The notes under the pieces: generated by a model
The model's input: only the letters and a program-made list of their open reading frames with translations
Told to the model about the DNA's origin: nothing
Databases searched by the model: none
From: Deferribacterales bacterium
Lineage (GTDB): Bacteria; Chrysiogenota; Deferribacteres; Deferribacterales; Geovibrionaceae
Direction of reading: 5' to 3'
Length of the DNA stretch: 64,000 nucleotides
Assembly (NCBI GenBank): GCA_050253075.1
Contig: JBFWJS010000007.1
Coordinates: 32,001 to 96,000 of the forward strand
In this document: positions 19,970-29,616 of the stretch, one piece after another
How positions within the stretch are numbered: position 1 is the stretch's first letter
How the letters are laid out: every line of letters begins with the position of its first letter
Translations under genes and position numbers: made by a program

Positions 19970-20346
19970 ATGTACCGTTTCACACAACAAATGCACCGGA
20001 CGCTATCGGTCCTTACTCTCAGGCTGTCATGACAACAGGGAATATGCTCTTTGTCTCAGGACAGATACCTCTCGTGCCTGCTACTATGCAGATAGTAGAG
20101 GGCGGGGTAGAGGAACAGACAAGACGTGCCCTGACAAACCTGCTGTGCATCGTAGAGGACGCAGGCTTTACAAAGCAGACAATAGCGAAGGTGACCATCT
20201 TCATTAAGAACATGGACGACTTCGGAAAGATAAACGAGATCTACGCCGAATATATGGGCGAACACAGACCCGCCAGAGCCGTCGTTGAGGTGGCCAGGCT
20301 GCCGAAGGATGTTCTGGTCGAGATAGAGTGCATCTGTTCTAAGTAA
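19966..20346 (+). CDS. ridA: RidA/YjgF family enamine deaminase
   Basis: APDAIGPYSQA, SGQIP and PARAVVEVARLPKDVLVEIE motifs. Confidence 0.92.
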   Translation: MNVPFHTTNAPDAIGPYSQAVMTTGNMLFVSGQIPLVPATMQIVEGGVEEQTRRALTNLLCIVEDAGFTKQTIAKVTIFIKNMDDFGKINEIYAEYMGEHRPARAVVEVARLPKDVLVEIECICSK

Positions 20347-20370
20347 ATAACGAGGCGGGCTTTTAAACCC

Positions 20371-20600
20371 AAGGGACTTAAAAGACGTGTTGAAATTTTG
20401 AAATAAAATAAGAAAACCCCAATTTTAATAATAAGATTGGGGTTTTTATGTTTCAGGAAAATTTTTTAGTCATCCTGAGGCTTTAGCCAAAGGATCTGAA
20501 CACGGAGATTCTCTAATGGTATCAGATTCTTCGCTCCGCTCAGAATGACGTAGTTCTGTTTGTTTTAGAGATTCTGCATCACGTTTTTTAAAAGGCTTAG
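20371..20600 (+). mobile_element. MITE-like element, copy 2
   Basis: Near-identical to 2520-2751. Lies between GGCGGG and CCCGCC arms with a degenerate direct repeat GCTTTTAAACCC / GCTTTAACACCC. REP at 20469-20549. Confidence 0.8.
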
Positions 20601-20688
20601 CTTTAACACCCGCCTTTTTTATTTCTTCATTTTTTCTTCATTAACACCTGACATAATAAGAATACGATATCCTAAGATGAGGTGTGAT

Positions 20689-21120
20689 ATGGAATTCATT
20701 CATGATGCCACAGGTTCGATAGCCACGTTTATCATTTATACACTGGCGGTCAGCGGTCTTGCTATGTTCTTCTTTAAATATGTTAAAAAGTATATCCCGC
20801 TGTCGAGAAAGACATATCTGAAGATACATCAGGTAGTGACTATGCTGTTCATAGCTGTTGTCGCCGTACATTTCTTCACAACTGATAAGGGCAATATATA
20901 CGTCGTCTCAGCTATGGTTCTGCTGGCTGTCGTTTTTATCTTGGGCAGTTCGCTCCGTGTGAAATCTATCAAGGCGAAATCATTTAAAAAGGTGGTCTAT
21001 GCAAAGGCTGCCGTGCTTATAATCTCTATGCTGCTCCTCACGGCAGGGCATGGCATATTTGAAAAAGAGCATAAGGAACACACTCAGAACTCCAGCTCCG
21101 ACACTTTTGTTATTCGCTGA
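20689..21120 (+). CDS. Hypothetical 4-TM membrane protein (His-containing, possibly heme b binding)
   Basis: GAGGTG RBS; four hydrophobic segments with His residues (KIHQ, AVHFF, AGHG). Confidence 0.65.
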   Translation: MEFIHDATGSIATFIIYTLAVSGLAMFFFKYVKKYIPLSRKTYLKIHQVVTMLFIAVVAVHFFTTDKGNIYVVSAMVLLAVVFILGSSLRVKSIKAKSFKKVVYAKAAVLIISMLLLTAGHGIFEKEHKEHTQNSSSDTFVIR

Positions 21121-21213
21121 TATAAATAAATTTCATAAAAACATTTTTATGCGAACTTTCGTGTGTTAAGATTTAAATTCACAATAGATTTATTTTTAAC
21201 CGGGAGTTTTCAA

Positions 21214-22989
21214 TTGAACTATTTCAAACTTTTCTTCTTATCAATTTTTTGCCTTTCACTTTTTGCCTGCGGAGGCGGAGGCAGCAACGCTACCCTCAAC
21301 GCAGATGAAAAATTCACTATCGAAGAGGTGAACCCAGAGGGCTTCTGGCTTGGTTATCAGACCATCATAGGCGTCGATGTTTATAACATGCGTACCATCA
21401 TCTATGACGGGAAACTGCTTGGTATCTCCGAGGATGCCGGAGTAATGTTCTCCGGTACATACGGCATGGAGGAGAAGAGGGTGCTCGTCTCCGACGGTCA
21501 GGAGGGCTCCGATCAGAAATATATGCTTTACGATATGTATGACGAAGGGAGAGCCTTTGCCCGCGGTATAGTCGCCGTTACTGTTGAGGAAAAGAATAAA
21601 TTCAGCGGTACCTTCTCAAACGAGACGCTTCAGGAGGGGGAGATATATTCGAATTATTCTGCTCTTTTCGAAAGGGGTGCTTCGCTGGACTACATCGACG
21701 GTGATTATAACTATGCCGAAATAACCATGTCTATCAGCCCCGAAGGAGCTATGAGCGGGACATGGAGAGGATGTGCACTGGAAGGCACTGTTGCCGTGCC
21801 TGAAGCGGATAAGAATGTTTACACTATAAACTATACACTGGATGCATGTGCATACAGCGGAGAATACTCCGGACTCGGCTTCGTGAACATGATAGATGAA
21901 GATGCCTATCTGGTTATATTGGCGGATGGCGGCGACAGGATGGACGGCTTCGGCTTTCAGCTTTCTGACGTGCCTGCTGTTTTTGATCTGTCCATAAGCG
22001 AGGTTCGTGCAGGAAAGTCCGCTGAGCAGTCTGTTTCTCAGGCGCTATATGCCTATCTTTCGACACGGGGCTACTACGATAACCCTACCGTTAAAATTGA
22101 CGAAAACGGCTCAGACAAATCAGGGTCATCTTATTCATGGAAAGACATAGATATGAATGCATATGATACTGATTTTTCTAATTCTACATTTAGTTACGGC
22201 AAAATATTTTTGTCATCTACTCTGTCTCACCCTTACAGGATAGACAATTCAGATTTCAGCCACTCTACGTTTGACAGTATGACTATTGAGACAAACGCTT
22301 CCTTTACCCCGAGGACAGACTACATCACTAATAAGTTTGAGGAGCTGAACCTTGACTACGGCGGTGTATTTGCCATTGCTCATTCAGATTTCAGGTATAT
22401 CACGTTCAATTCCAGCTTCGAGATATATGCTTATGATACAGACTTTTCTCACAGTGACATGAGCGGATCGACTATATTCGGTTATTGTGACCATTGTAAT
22501 TTTACTCAGGCTAACCTGCAGGATGTCACAATAGAATTTTATCGTGAAGAAAGATCAGACGGAACATACCGCTCTACAGAGTCTAAGTTCTGGTTTTCAG
22601 ACCTTGTGGGGACAGATTTCCGCAATGCGAGCCTTATTGGCATGACTGCTACTTTCTCTGACTTCAGCTATGCAAACTTTACAGGGGCGACCGGCATAGA
22701 CGGTTTCCTCGGCTGGAACCGTATAGGTTCATCCAGTTTCAGTAATGCATGGTGGACAGACGGAAGCAGGTGCAGCGCCGCATCTGTCAGTAAATGTCTA
22801 CCAAAGGTCTATGACAACGGATTAACATACGAAGAGTATTTAGACGGTAAAACAGACCTCGATAAAGACGCAGAGAAGCTGAAAGAGATTTATGACGATG
22901 TTTCCGATACTGCTAATGACATAATCAGCAAGGGCGGGGATATTGTTAATGAAGGCGTAAAGGTTGTGAAGTCACTTAAATTCTGGTGA
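21214..22989 (+). CDS. Lipoprotein with C-terminal pentapeptide repeats
   Basis: TTG start after GGGAG; lipobox LFAC-GGGGS; repeats TDFSN/SDFSH/CNFTQ/ANLQD/ANFTG; WWTDGSRC..C cap. Confidence 0.75.
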   Translation: MNYFKLFFLSIFCLSLFACGGGGSNATLNADEKFTIEEVNPEGFWLGYQTIIGVDVYNMRTIIYDGKLLGISEDAGVMFSGTYGMEEKRVLVSDGQEGSDQKYMLYDMYDEGRAFARGIVAVTVEEKNKFSGTFSNETLQEGEIYSNYSALFERGASLDYIDGDYNYAEITMSISPEGAMSGTWRGCALEGTVAVPEADKNVYTINYTLDACAYSGEYSGLGFVNMIDEDAYLVILADGGDRMDGFGFQLSDVPAVFDLSISEVRAGKSAEQSVSQALYAYLSTRGYYDNPTVKIDENGSDKSGSSYSWKDIDMNAYDTDFSNSTFSYGKIFLSSTLSHPYRIDNSDFSHSTFDSMTIETNASFTPRTDYITNKFEELNLDYGGVFAIAHSDFRYITFNSSFEIYAYDTDFSHSDMSGSTIFGYCDHCNFTQANLQDVTIEFYREERSDGTYRSTESKFWFSDLVGTDFRNASLIGMTATFSDFSYANFTGATGIDGFLGWNRIGSSSFSNAWWTDGSRCSAASVSKCLPKVYDNGLTYEEYLDGKTDLDKDAEKLKEIYDDVSDTANDIISKGGDIVNEGVKVVKSLKFW

Positions 22990-23001
22990 TAAATATAAAA
23001 T

Positions 23002-23144
23002 AAGTAAAATAATAAAACCCCAATTTTGATAACAAGATTGGGGTTTTTATATATAAGGTTACTAGATTCTTACGTTGCCGGTGGCTCCTCAGAATGACTG
23101 TTTAAGATAACTGCCTTCTCTGAGTATTTTCAATATTTCTTTCT
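23002..23144 (+). mobile_element. Degenerate/partial MITE copy 3
   Basis: AAGTAAAATAA.AAAACCCCAATTTT..AAGATTGGGGTTTTTAT matches copies 1 and 2. Single REP arm at 23064-23098. Confidence 0.65.
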
Positions 23145-23178
23145 AAAAGGCGGGCTTTTAAACCCGCCTTTATTTTTT
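23145..23178. terminator. Bidirectional terminator (intact target-type hairpin)
   Basis: AAAGGCGGG-CTTTTAAA-CCCGCCTTT between convergent genes. Confidence 0.8.
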
Positions 23179-23180
23179 GC

Positions 23181-24041
23181 TTACTTACCTTCTTCAAGAA
23201 CTTTGAAGATGTTGTTGTTTGTGCTGAGGAAGAACTCTGTCTTGTCTGTCAGAACATTTTCATAAACACTCAGAGACTTATAAAACTCGAAGAACGCAGG
23301 GTCTTTACCGTATGCTTTGGCATATATATCGATTACCTTCGCATCTGTAGTACCCATGATCTCCTGCACTTTCTGATAAGCATTAGCCAGAATGATGGCT
23401 TTTTCTTTTTCAGTTGTTGCTTTTATGATCTGAGCCTTTTCCTGACCTTCGGAGCGGTACTGCTTTGCTATACGCTCACGCTCGGCCTGCATCCTTGCGT
23501 ATACGGCTTTTTCGTTCTGCACGGGCAGATCGGCACGCTTAATGCGCACGTCGTATATCTCGATACCGTATTCCTTCGCCTTCACCTTTGTCAGCTCTGT
23601 CACGGCATCCATTATCTTCTGTCTGTTTTCACTGACCACTTCGAGCAGTGTGTGCTTGCCCAGCTCGTTTCTCATCTCTGAATAGATGATGTCGTCCAGC
23701 CTGTTGAATGCCTCGCTGTAGTTCTTAACAGTGAGATAGAATTTCAGCGGCTCGGCTACACGCCAGCGGCAGAAGTTGTCTATGACGAGATTCTTCTTAT
23801 CATTTGTTATGATCTCGGAAGGGTCTGCATCATACTCTATCAGCTTTTTAGAGAAGTAGACCACCTGATGTGCGAAAGGTATCTTAAACCTGATGCCGGG
23901 GGTGGTGTATTCTTTTACAGGTCTGCCGAGCATGGTGAGAACGGCTGTCTGGTCAACCTGAACTGTGAAAGTCGCCATCTTATACACTACAAAGAGTGCG
24001 ATGAGAACTATAGGGACTATCATTGGAAATGCCTTTTTCAT
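23181..24041 (-). CDS. hflC: Protease modulator HflC
   Basis: SPFH domain; DKKNLVID and VYARMQAERERIAKQYRSEG motifs. Confidence 0.94.
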   Translation of the reverse strand: MKKAFPMIVPIVLIALFVVYKMATFTVQVDQTAVLTMLGRPVKEYTTPGIRFKIPFAHQVVYFSKKLIEYDADPSEIITNDKKNLVIDNFCRWRVAEPLKFYLTVKNYSEAFNRLDDIIYSEMRNELGKHTLLEVVSENRQKIMDAVTELTKVKAKEYGIEIYDVRIKRADLPVQNEKAVYARMQAERERIAKQYRSEGQEKAQIIKATTEKEKAIILANAYQKVQEIMGTTDAKVIDIYAKAYGKDPAFFEFYKSLSVYENVLTDKTEFFLSTNNNIFKVLEEGK

Positions 24042-25033
24042 TTTGCACCTCCTGAGATAGCTTTATCAAGTCCCATGATAGGTGTTACGTCTTTGATATT
24101 AGAGTCAAAAATCTTAAGATCTCCTTTAGACAAAATGTTTTCCATTGTTTCAAGGTAGAGCCTCTTTTTGGTAACATTCGGGGCTGCTCTGTAGCTTTTC
24201 AGTACAGATTCAAACCTGTCTGTCTCACCGAGGGCTCTCGCCACTTTGTTTTGCTGATAACCTTCTGCCTGCTGAAGCATTGTTTCAGCTTCTGCTCTGG
24301 CTCTTGGTATCACTTCATTCTGATAGGCCTCGGCCTCGTTTATATATCTGTTTTTATCCTCACGTGCGCTCGCCACGTCTTTGAAGGCGTTAACGACCTC
24401 CTGCGGCGGTTCAACATCCTGAAGCTGCACGGCTGTTATCTTAATGCCTGCATCATACTTGTTGAGGATAGCCTGGATCTCTTTCTGTGTTTCTGTCTGT
24501 ATCCTGTTCTTTCCGACTGTCAGGATATCATCTATCTTTTCACGTCCTGCGACCTCACGAATGGCAGATTCGGCAACATCCATGATGGTGCCTTCCACAT
24601 CGTGCACGTTATACAGGTATTTTGTGATGTCTACGATCTTGTACTGTACGCTCAGGTCTATGCTGACGATGTTTTCATCGCCTGTGAGCATCAGGGATTC
24701 CTGAGGGAGATTTTTAACCCCGCCTCTGGTAGTGCGGAACCCAACCTCGAGTCTGTGTACCTTTGTAACTTCTGCTTTGTCCACTGTGTCTATAGGGAAT
24801 GGAAGGTGATAGTTCGGGCCTGCACCCACAACTTTTACAACACTTCCGAACCTTTTGACCACTGCCTCTTCGGACGGTGCCACAATGAAGAATCCGCTAG
24901 CCAGCCATGCCACTATCACAACGATAGACATAAGGCCCGCTCCCGGAGCATTGAAGTTCATCTTTGGCAGTTTGTCCTTCAGGTCAAACTTATCATCACC
25001 CCAGGGGCTCTGACCGCCGTTTCCGTTATCCAT
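24038..25033 (-). CDS. hflK: Protease modulator HflK
   Basis: MLTGDENIV, PPQEVVNAFKDV and RLYLETME motifs. ATG 25033 has a GGAGG RBS. Confidence 0.94.
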   Translation of the reverse strand: MDNGNGGQSPWGDDKFDLKDKLPKMNFNAPGAGLMSIVVIVAWLASGFFIVAPSEEAVVKRFGSVVKVVGAGPNYHLPFPIDTVDKAEVTKVHRLEVGFRTTRGGVKNLPQESLMLTGDENIVSIDLSVQYKIVDITKYLYNVHDVEGTIMDVAESAIREVAGREKIDDILTVGKNRIQTETQKEIQAILNKYDAGIKITAVQLQDVEPPQEVVNAFKDVASAREDKNRYINEAEAYQNEVIPRARAEAETMLQQAEGYQQNKVARALGETDRFESVLKSYRAAPNVTKKRLYLETMENILSKGDLKIFDSNIKDVTPIMGLDKAISGGAK

Positions 25034-25259
25034 TAATTCCTCCGTAAGATATAAATCAGTATGCACGGTGTTTTTACACATCCGCTTAGGATAGAAAATA
25101 ACAGTATTTGGTAAAAAAGCAAATGTAATCGGACGAAATCAGTGATACGTCAGATCTCCTACATATTTATATAAATTTTTTGTCGAGGTCGGCTTGTTAC
25201 CCCAGAAAGTGGATGATATAATTGGTGATATTTCAATGTTCCGCTCTGGAGGGTGACTT

Positions 25260-27323
25260 ATGGAAACCAAAAACATACGAAACGTTGCATTCATTTCCCA
25301 TGGAGGTGCGGGTAAGACCAGCCTTGTAGAGACCATTCTCTTCAATGCGAAGTCTACCCAGAGAATAGGGAGTGTCGATAACGGAACGAGCGTTATGGAC
25401 TTTGACCCTGTTGAGATAGAGAGAGGCATTTCTCTTAACTCAAAGGTTTCAACGATCGAGTGGCTTAAGACACAGATCAATATCGTAGACACACCCGGTT
25501 ATGCAAACTTTCTGCATGAGACCAGAGCAGGTCTTTCCGCTGTAGGCGGGGCGGTGGTCATAGCATCGGCTATCACCGGCGTTAAAGCAGAGACGAAGAG
25601 AGTATGGGGATTCTCAGAGGAATTCGACCTCGCAAAAGTTATCTTTGTTAATAAGATGGACAAGGAGAGAGCTGACTTCTACAGAGCTCTCGGTGATATC
25701 GAAAAATCTTTCGGCGTTACGCCTATCCCGCTTTTCATACCAATAGGAAAAGAAGACACCTTCAAAGGCATAGTAGACCTTGTGAAGATGAAAGCATATA
25801 TTTATCCGTCTGAACCGACTGCGGAATTCGCGGTGGAGGAAATCCCAGCAGACCTCATGGCAGAGGCTGAGAACTATCGAGGCAAGCTGCTCGAGGCTGT
25901 CAGCGAGACAGACGACGAGCTCATAGAAAAATATCTCGAAGGCGAGGAGCTCACAGAGGAAGAGATACTGAAAGGTATCCGTGAGGCTACTATCTCAAAG
26001 CAGTTCATACCTGTGATATGCGGTTCCGCCGTTAAAAATATCGGCTCAAAGCTGCTGCTGGAAGCCATCATAAACTATCTGCCGTCTCCGCTGGAGCGCG
26101 AGCATAAGATAGCCGTGGAAGAGGCTACGGGGAACGAGATATTCATCGACCCTGAGTCTAAAGAGTTCTCTGCATGGGTATTCAAGACATTTATGGACCC
26201 GTTCGCAGGGAAGCTCACCATGTTCAGAGTTTATTCCGGCGAGATTACAAACGATACCGAAGTGTATAACACTGGAAAAGATAAAAAAGAGCGCATAGCA
26301 CAGCTTTACCTTGTACAGGGTAAGAACCATATCAAAACTGATAAGCTCGTTGCCGGGCAGATAGGTATGGTGAGCAAACTGAAAGCGACCGACACATTCG
26401 ATACTTTATGCGACCCTAAGCGTAAGATCACATTCCCTAAATATCAGCTTATGGACCCTGTGCTTGCTTACGGCGTCAGACCAAAATCCAAAGACGACGA
26501 AGACAAGGTCTCCAACGGTATCCACAGGATAATGGAGGAAGATGTCGGTCTCCGTGCTGGAAGGGATGAACGTACCGGCGATATACTTATCAAAGGTATG
26601 GGACAGATGCACATTGAGGTCGTCGTGGAGAAACTCAGCAAGAAATTCGGCGTGGAAGTCGAGCTTCAGGCTCCGAGCGTGCCTTATATGGAGACAATAC
26701 GCAAGCGTGCCAGCGGACAGGGTAAATATAAGAAGCAGTCCGGCGGTAGAGGTCAGTACGGCGATGTTCATATCGAGCTGATCCCTGTGCAGAGCGGCGA
26801 GGGATTCTCTTTCGAGAATAAGATCGTCGGCGGTGCAGTGCCGAAGAACTATATACCTGCCGTTGAAAAAGGTGTTTTCGAAGCAGCTAAAGAGGGCGTC
26901 CTCGCAGGATTCCCGCTTATAGATTTCAAAGTCGTGCTCTTCGACGGATCATACCATTCGGTGGATTCATCAGAGATGGCTTTCCAGATAGCGGGCTCTA
27001 TGGCATTTAAAAAAGTGGCCATGGATGCGAAACCTGTACTTCTCGAACCGGTTATGAATTTAGATGTTTTCGTTCCGGACGATATGACAGGTAACGTTAT
27101 CGGAGACCTTAATGCCAGAAGGGGACGCATCATGAATGTGGAACCGGAAACCAACGGTCAGCATATAAGATCGCAGGTTCCTATGTCTGAGGTCTTGAAA
27201 TATGCTCCCGATTTGCGTAGTATGACTGGCGGTCATGGAATGTTTACGATGGATTTCTCTCATTATGAGGAACTTCCGTCGCATCTGGCCGAGAAGGTTA
27301 TAGCTGAAAATAAAGGAGAATGA
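25260..27323 (+). CDS. Elongation factor G-like protein (EF-G2 type)
   Basis: Full five-domain EF-G layout (DTPG, NKMD, KKQSGGRGQYG, DGSYHSVDSSE) but with a non-canonical G1 SHGGAGKTS and ERGISL. Confidence 0.88.
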   Translation: METKNIRNVAFISHGGAGKTSLVETILFNAKSTQRIGSVDNGTSVMDFDPVEIERGISLNSKVSTIEWLKTQINIVDTPGYANFLHETRAGLSAVGGAVVIASAITGVKAETKRVWGFSEEFDLAKVIFVNKMDKERADFYRALGDIEKSFGVTPIPLFIPIGKEDTFKGIVDLVKMKAYIYPSEPTAEFAVEEIPADLMAEAENYRGKLLEAVSETDDELIEKYLEGEELTEEEILKGIREATISKQFIPVICGSAVKNIGSKLLLEAIINYLPSPLEREHKIAVEEATGNEIFIDPESKEFSAWVFKTFMDPFAGKLTMFRVYSGEITNDTEVYNTGKDKKERIAQLYLVQGKNHIKTDKLVAGQIGMVSKLKATDTFDTLCDPKRKITFPKYQLMDPVLAYGVRPKSKDDEDKVSNGIHRIMEEDVGLRAGRDERTGDILIKGMGQMHIEVVVEKLSKKFGVEVELQAPSVPYMETIRKRASGQGKYKKQSGGRGQYGDVHIELIPVQSGEGFSFENKIVGGAVPKNYIPAVEKGVFEAAKEGVLAGFPLIDFKVVLFDGSYHSVDSSEMAFQIAGSMAFKKVAMDAKPVLLEPVMNLDVFVPDDMTGNVIGDLNARRGRIMNVEPETNGQHIRSQVPMSEVLKYAPDLRSMTGGHGMFTMDFSHYEELPSHLAEKVIAENKGE

Positions 27324-27331
27324 TCCCATAG

Positions 27332-28228
27332 ATGAACGATATCAACCTGCTTAGATACCACAACAGGAGCGCAAGCGAGATACATATGCTCCTCGCAGGA
27401 GAATCAGCGGATAAGCTCTTCTCCAGATTGGTATTAGGTGAATACGAACAGAGGACCGGCAGATCGCTGCTGGTCCTTTCTTTGACAATGGCGGCATCAT
27501 TCGCATGTGCGCTATTTGCATCTTATGTCATCTATAAGGTTGTTATCACAAAAGATATCGTCATCCCTACTTTCGACAAGGCGGCTATACTGCAAAAGGT
27601 CGAAGATTATAAAGAAGAGCTGCGGACAGGGGGCGACCCTTACCTCAAAGACGGCTTTTCAAAGATAGCGAATGTCGCTCAGGCTCCTATGGAGGATAAT
27701 TCATCTCCTGTTACTGTGGAGTCACAGTATAAGCCTCCGATAAGCGTGGAGAAGAACCCTGAGCTGTTCATACAGCCTGTACCTCTTGAGGGCGAACCTG
27801 TTAAGCGTAAAAGGGATAAACGTGTCCTTGTGACGCCTATGTTCACGGGTAATTTTGCCATAGAGTTCAGGGATATAAATGAGGCCGATGCAGCGAAAGT
27901 GAGGCTCCTTGCGGAGAATAACGACTTTAAACTCAACATCATAGGCTCTACGAAAAAATCGACCCGTAAATGGAATATTTATAAAGAAGATGATAATTCC
28001 CGCATCGTAATAGCAGGCAAGAATGTGAAATTCGTCAAAACATTTCAGACGAGATCCGCTGCCGTTGAATATATGCAGAAGCATAAAATAGCAGGAGTGG
28101 TCTCCAGCGACACAACTTATTATGACTATTACGATATGGAAGTCTGCTGTCTCGGCGAGGAAGCAGCGGAGAAACTCGCACGCGGAAGCGGTGTAAATAT
28201 GAATAAAATTAAAATTCTTAAGAAATAA
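27332..28228 (+). CDS. Hypothetical protein with one TM segment
   Basis: 298-aa ORF filling the gap between EF-G and ihfA; hydrophobic segment near residues 45-70. Confidence 0.7.
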   Translation: MNDINLLRYHNRSASEIHMLLAGESADKLFSRLVLGEYEQRTGRSLLVLSLTMAASFACALFASYVIYKVVITKDIVIPTFDKAAILQKVEDYKEELRTGGDPYLKDGFSKIANVAQAPMEDNSSPVTVESQYKPPISVEKNPELFIQPVPLEGEPVKRKRDKRVLVTPMFTGNFAIEFRDINEADAAKVRLLAENNDFKLNIIGSTKKSTRKWNIYKEDDNSRIVIAGKNVKFVKTFQTRSAAVEYMQKHKIAGVVSSDTTYYDYYDMEVCCLGEEAAEKLARGSGVNMNKIKILKK

Positions 28229-28240
28229 CAACAAAAAGCG

Positions 28241-28269
28241 TTGACGAGTGTTTTTTTACCAGATAAAAT
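28241..28269 (+). promoter_or_regulatory. Sigma70-type promoter for ihfA
   Basis: TTGACG-N17-TAAAAT. Confidence 0.6.
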
Positions 28270-28290
28270 CTTATTACTTGGAGGTTCGCT

Positions 28291-28566
28291 ATGACGAAAG
28301 CAGATATAGTTGAATTGATTCACGAAAAACTCGGTCTCACAAAGAAAGACATCGCAAAAGTTGTTGATGAACTTTTCGGCGAAGTAAGAGACCAGATACT
28401 TGCTAAGAACAATGTCAAAATATCCGGTTTTGGCAACTTTGAAGTTAAAAAACGCGGACGCAGAATAGGCCGTAACCCTAAGACAGGCGTTGAAACTGTC
28501 ATCGAGCCTAGAACTGTTGTCGTTTTCAGACCTAGTCAGATATTCAAAGACGAGGTAAATGACTAA
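28291..28566 (+). CDS. ihfA: Integration host factor alpha subunit
   Basis: MTKADIV, VKISGFGNF, GRNPKTG and VVVFRPSQ motifs; followed by a MerR-family gene. Confidence 0.85.
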   Translation: MTKADIVELIHEKLGLTKKDIAKVVDELFGEVRDQILAKNNVKISGFGNFEVKKRGRRIGRNPKTGVETVIEPRTVVVFRPSQIFKDEVND

Positions 28567-28864
28567 GCTCTATTATAAAATAGGCGAAGTCTGCGACATT
28601 ACCGGGCTTAAGCCCTCCGTTTTACGTTTTTGGGAAAAAGAGTTCAGGCAGCTTCGACCTAATAAATCTTCAGGCGGACAGAGACTCTACACCGATAAGC
28701 ATATAGAACTGGCTAAAAAGCTGAAAGTTATGCTTTATGATGAGAAGTTTACCATCGAAGGTGTAAAGAAGAAACTCTCTGAAACCGAAGACTATGAAAC
28801 AGGTCTGACCAAAGAACAGATTAAAAGCGAACTTAACAATATTTTAGACATATTAAACTCCTGA
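28559..28864 (+). CDS. MerR family HTH regulator
   Basis: YYKIGEV..LRFWEKEF..GQRLY motif. Confidence 0.9.
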   Translation: MTKLYYKIGEVCDITGLKPSVLRFWEKEFRQLRPNKSSGGQRLYTDKHIELAKKLKVMLYDEKFTIEGVKKKLSETEDYETGLTKEQIKSELNNILDILNS

Positions 28865-28884
28865 TGACCTCAGGAGTTTTTTTA
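28855..28884 (+). terminator. Intrinsic terminator
   Basis: AAACTCCTGA-TGACC-TCAGGAGTTT followed by a T-run. Confidence 0.75.
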
Positions 28885-28886
28885 TT

Positions 28887-29594
28887 ATGATATACCGTCA
28901 GATAAAACCACACCCACAGCTCAAAGACCTCATCAGATGCTACTGGACTATAACAGGTCATACGGATGCCACTTTTGAGCATCGTGTCATCTCAGACTAT
29001 TGCATGGACATTATAACAGACCTTAAAAGTGGTGAAAGCATCGTTGCAGGCCCGGCGTACGGATATTATGATGTGCCTTACTGCGGTGAAGTGTCCATTT
29101 TCGGTATAAGATTTTACCCCGGAGCCTTCTTTACCCTATTTGGCATACCTGCGTCTGAGTTTTATGGCCTATGCGTTCCATTGAATGATTTAGGGATAGA
29201 TTTTTCACCCGTTAATTCACCTGCTGCTGCGGATAAATATTTATTGGGAATGGTCGCCGACAGACATATAGACCAGTTTTCTGCCTCGCTGAACTGCGGA
29301 GACAGCTCTTTTCTGTGTGGTTATTCGAAAAAGACGGTGAACAGACGTATGTCGGAAAGAACAGGGCTGACATACGGAGCATACTCACAGATACTCGGTC
29401 TGCATAAAAGCATAAGCCTGATGCTTTCGGGTGGATATAAACAGGCGGATATCGCCGTTTTAAGCGGTTTTTATGACCAGTCACACTTCATACGCACGTT
29501 TAAACGTCATACGGGCTCTCCTCCCCTGACGTTTTTAAACGAAATAAAATCATCTCCTGTCCGTTTTATACAATACCCCCTTGGAATGTATTGA
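28887..29594 (+). CDS. AraC family transcriptional regulator
   Basis: FGIRFYPG N-terminal domain and GFYDQSHFIRTFKRHTG. Confidence 0.88.
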   Translation: MIYRQIKPHPQLKDLIRCYWTITGHTDATFEHRVISDYCMDIITDLKSGESIVAGPAYGYYDVPYCGEVSIFGIRFYPGAFFTLFGIPASEFYGLCVPLNDLGIDFSPVNSPAAADKYLLGMVADRHIDQFSASLNCGDSSFLCGYSKKTVNRRMSERTGLTYGAYSQILGLHKSISLMLSGGYKQADIAVLSGFYDQSHFIRTFKRHTGSPPLTFLNEIKSSPVRFIQYPLGMY

Positions 29595-29616
29595 TATATT
29601 TGCTCAGGAGGCAGAT

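Noticed and set aside
24251..25036. 261-aa ORF antisense to hflK, and similar shadow ORFs (4158-4802, 40549-41172, 58751-59527)
   Set aside because: They fully overlap confident genes on the opposite strand and have no motifs.
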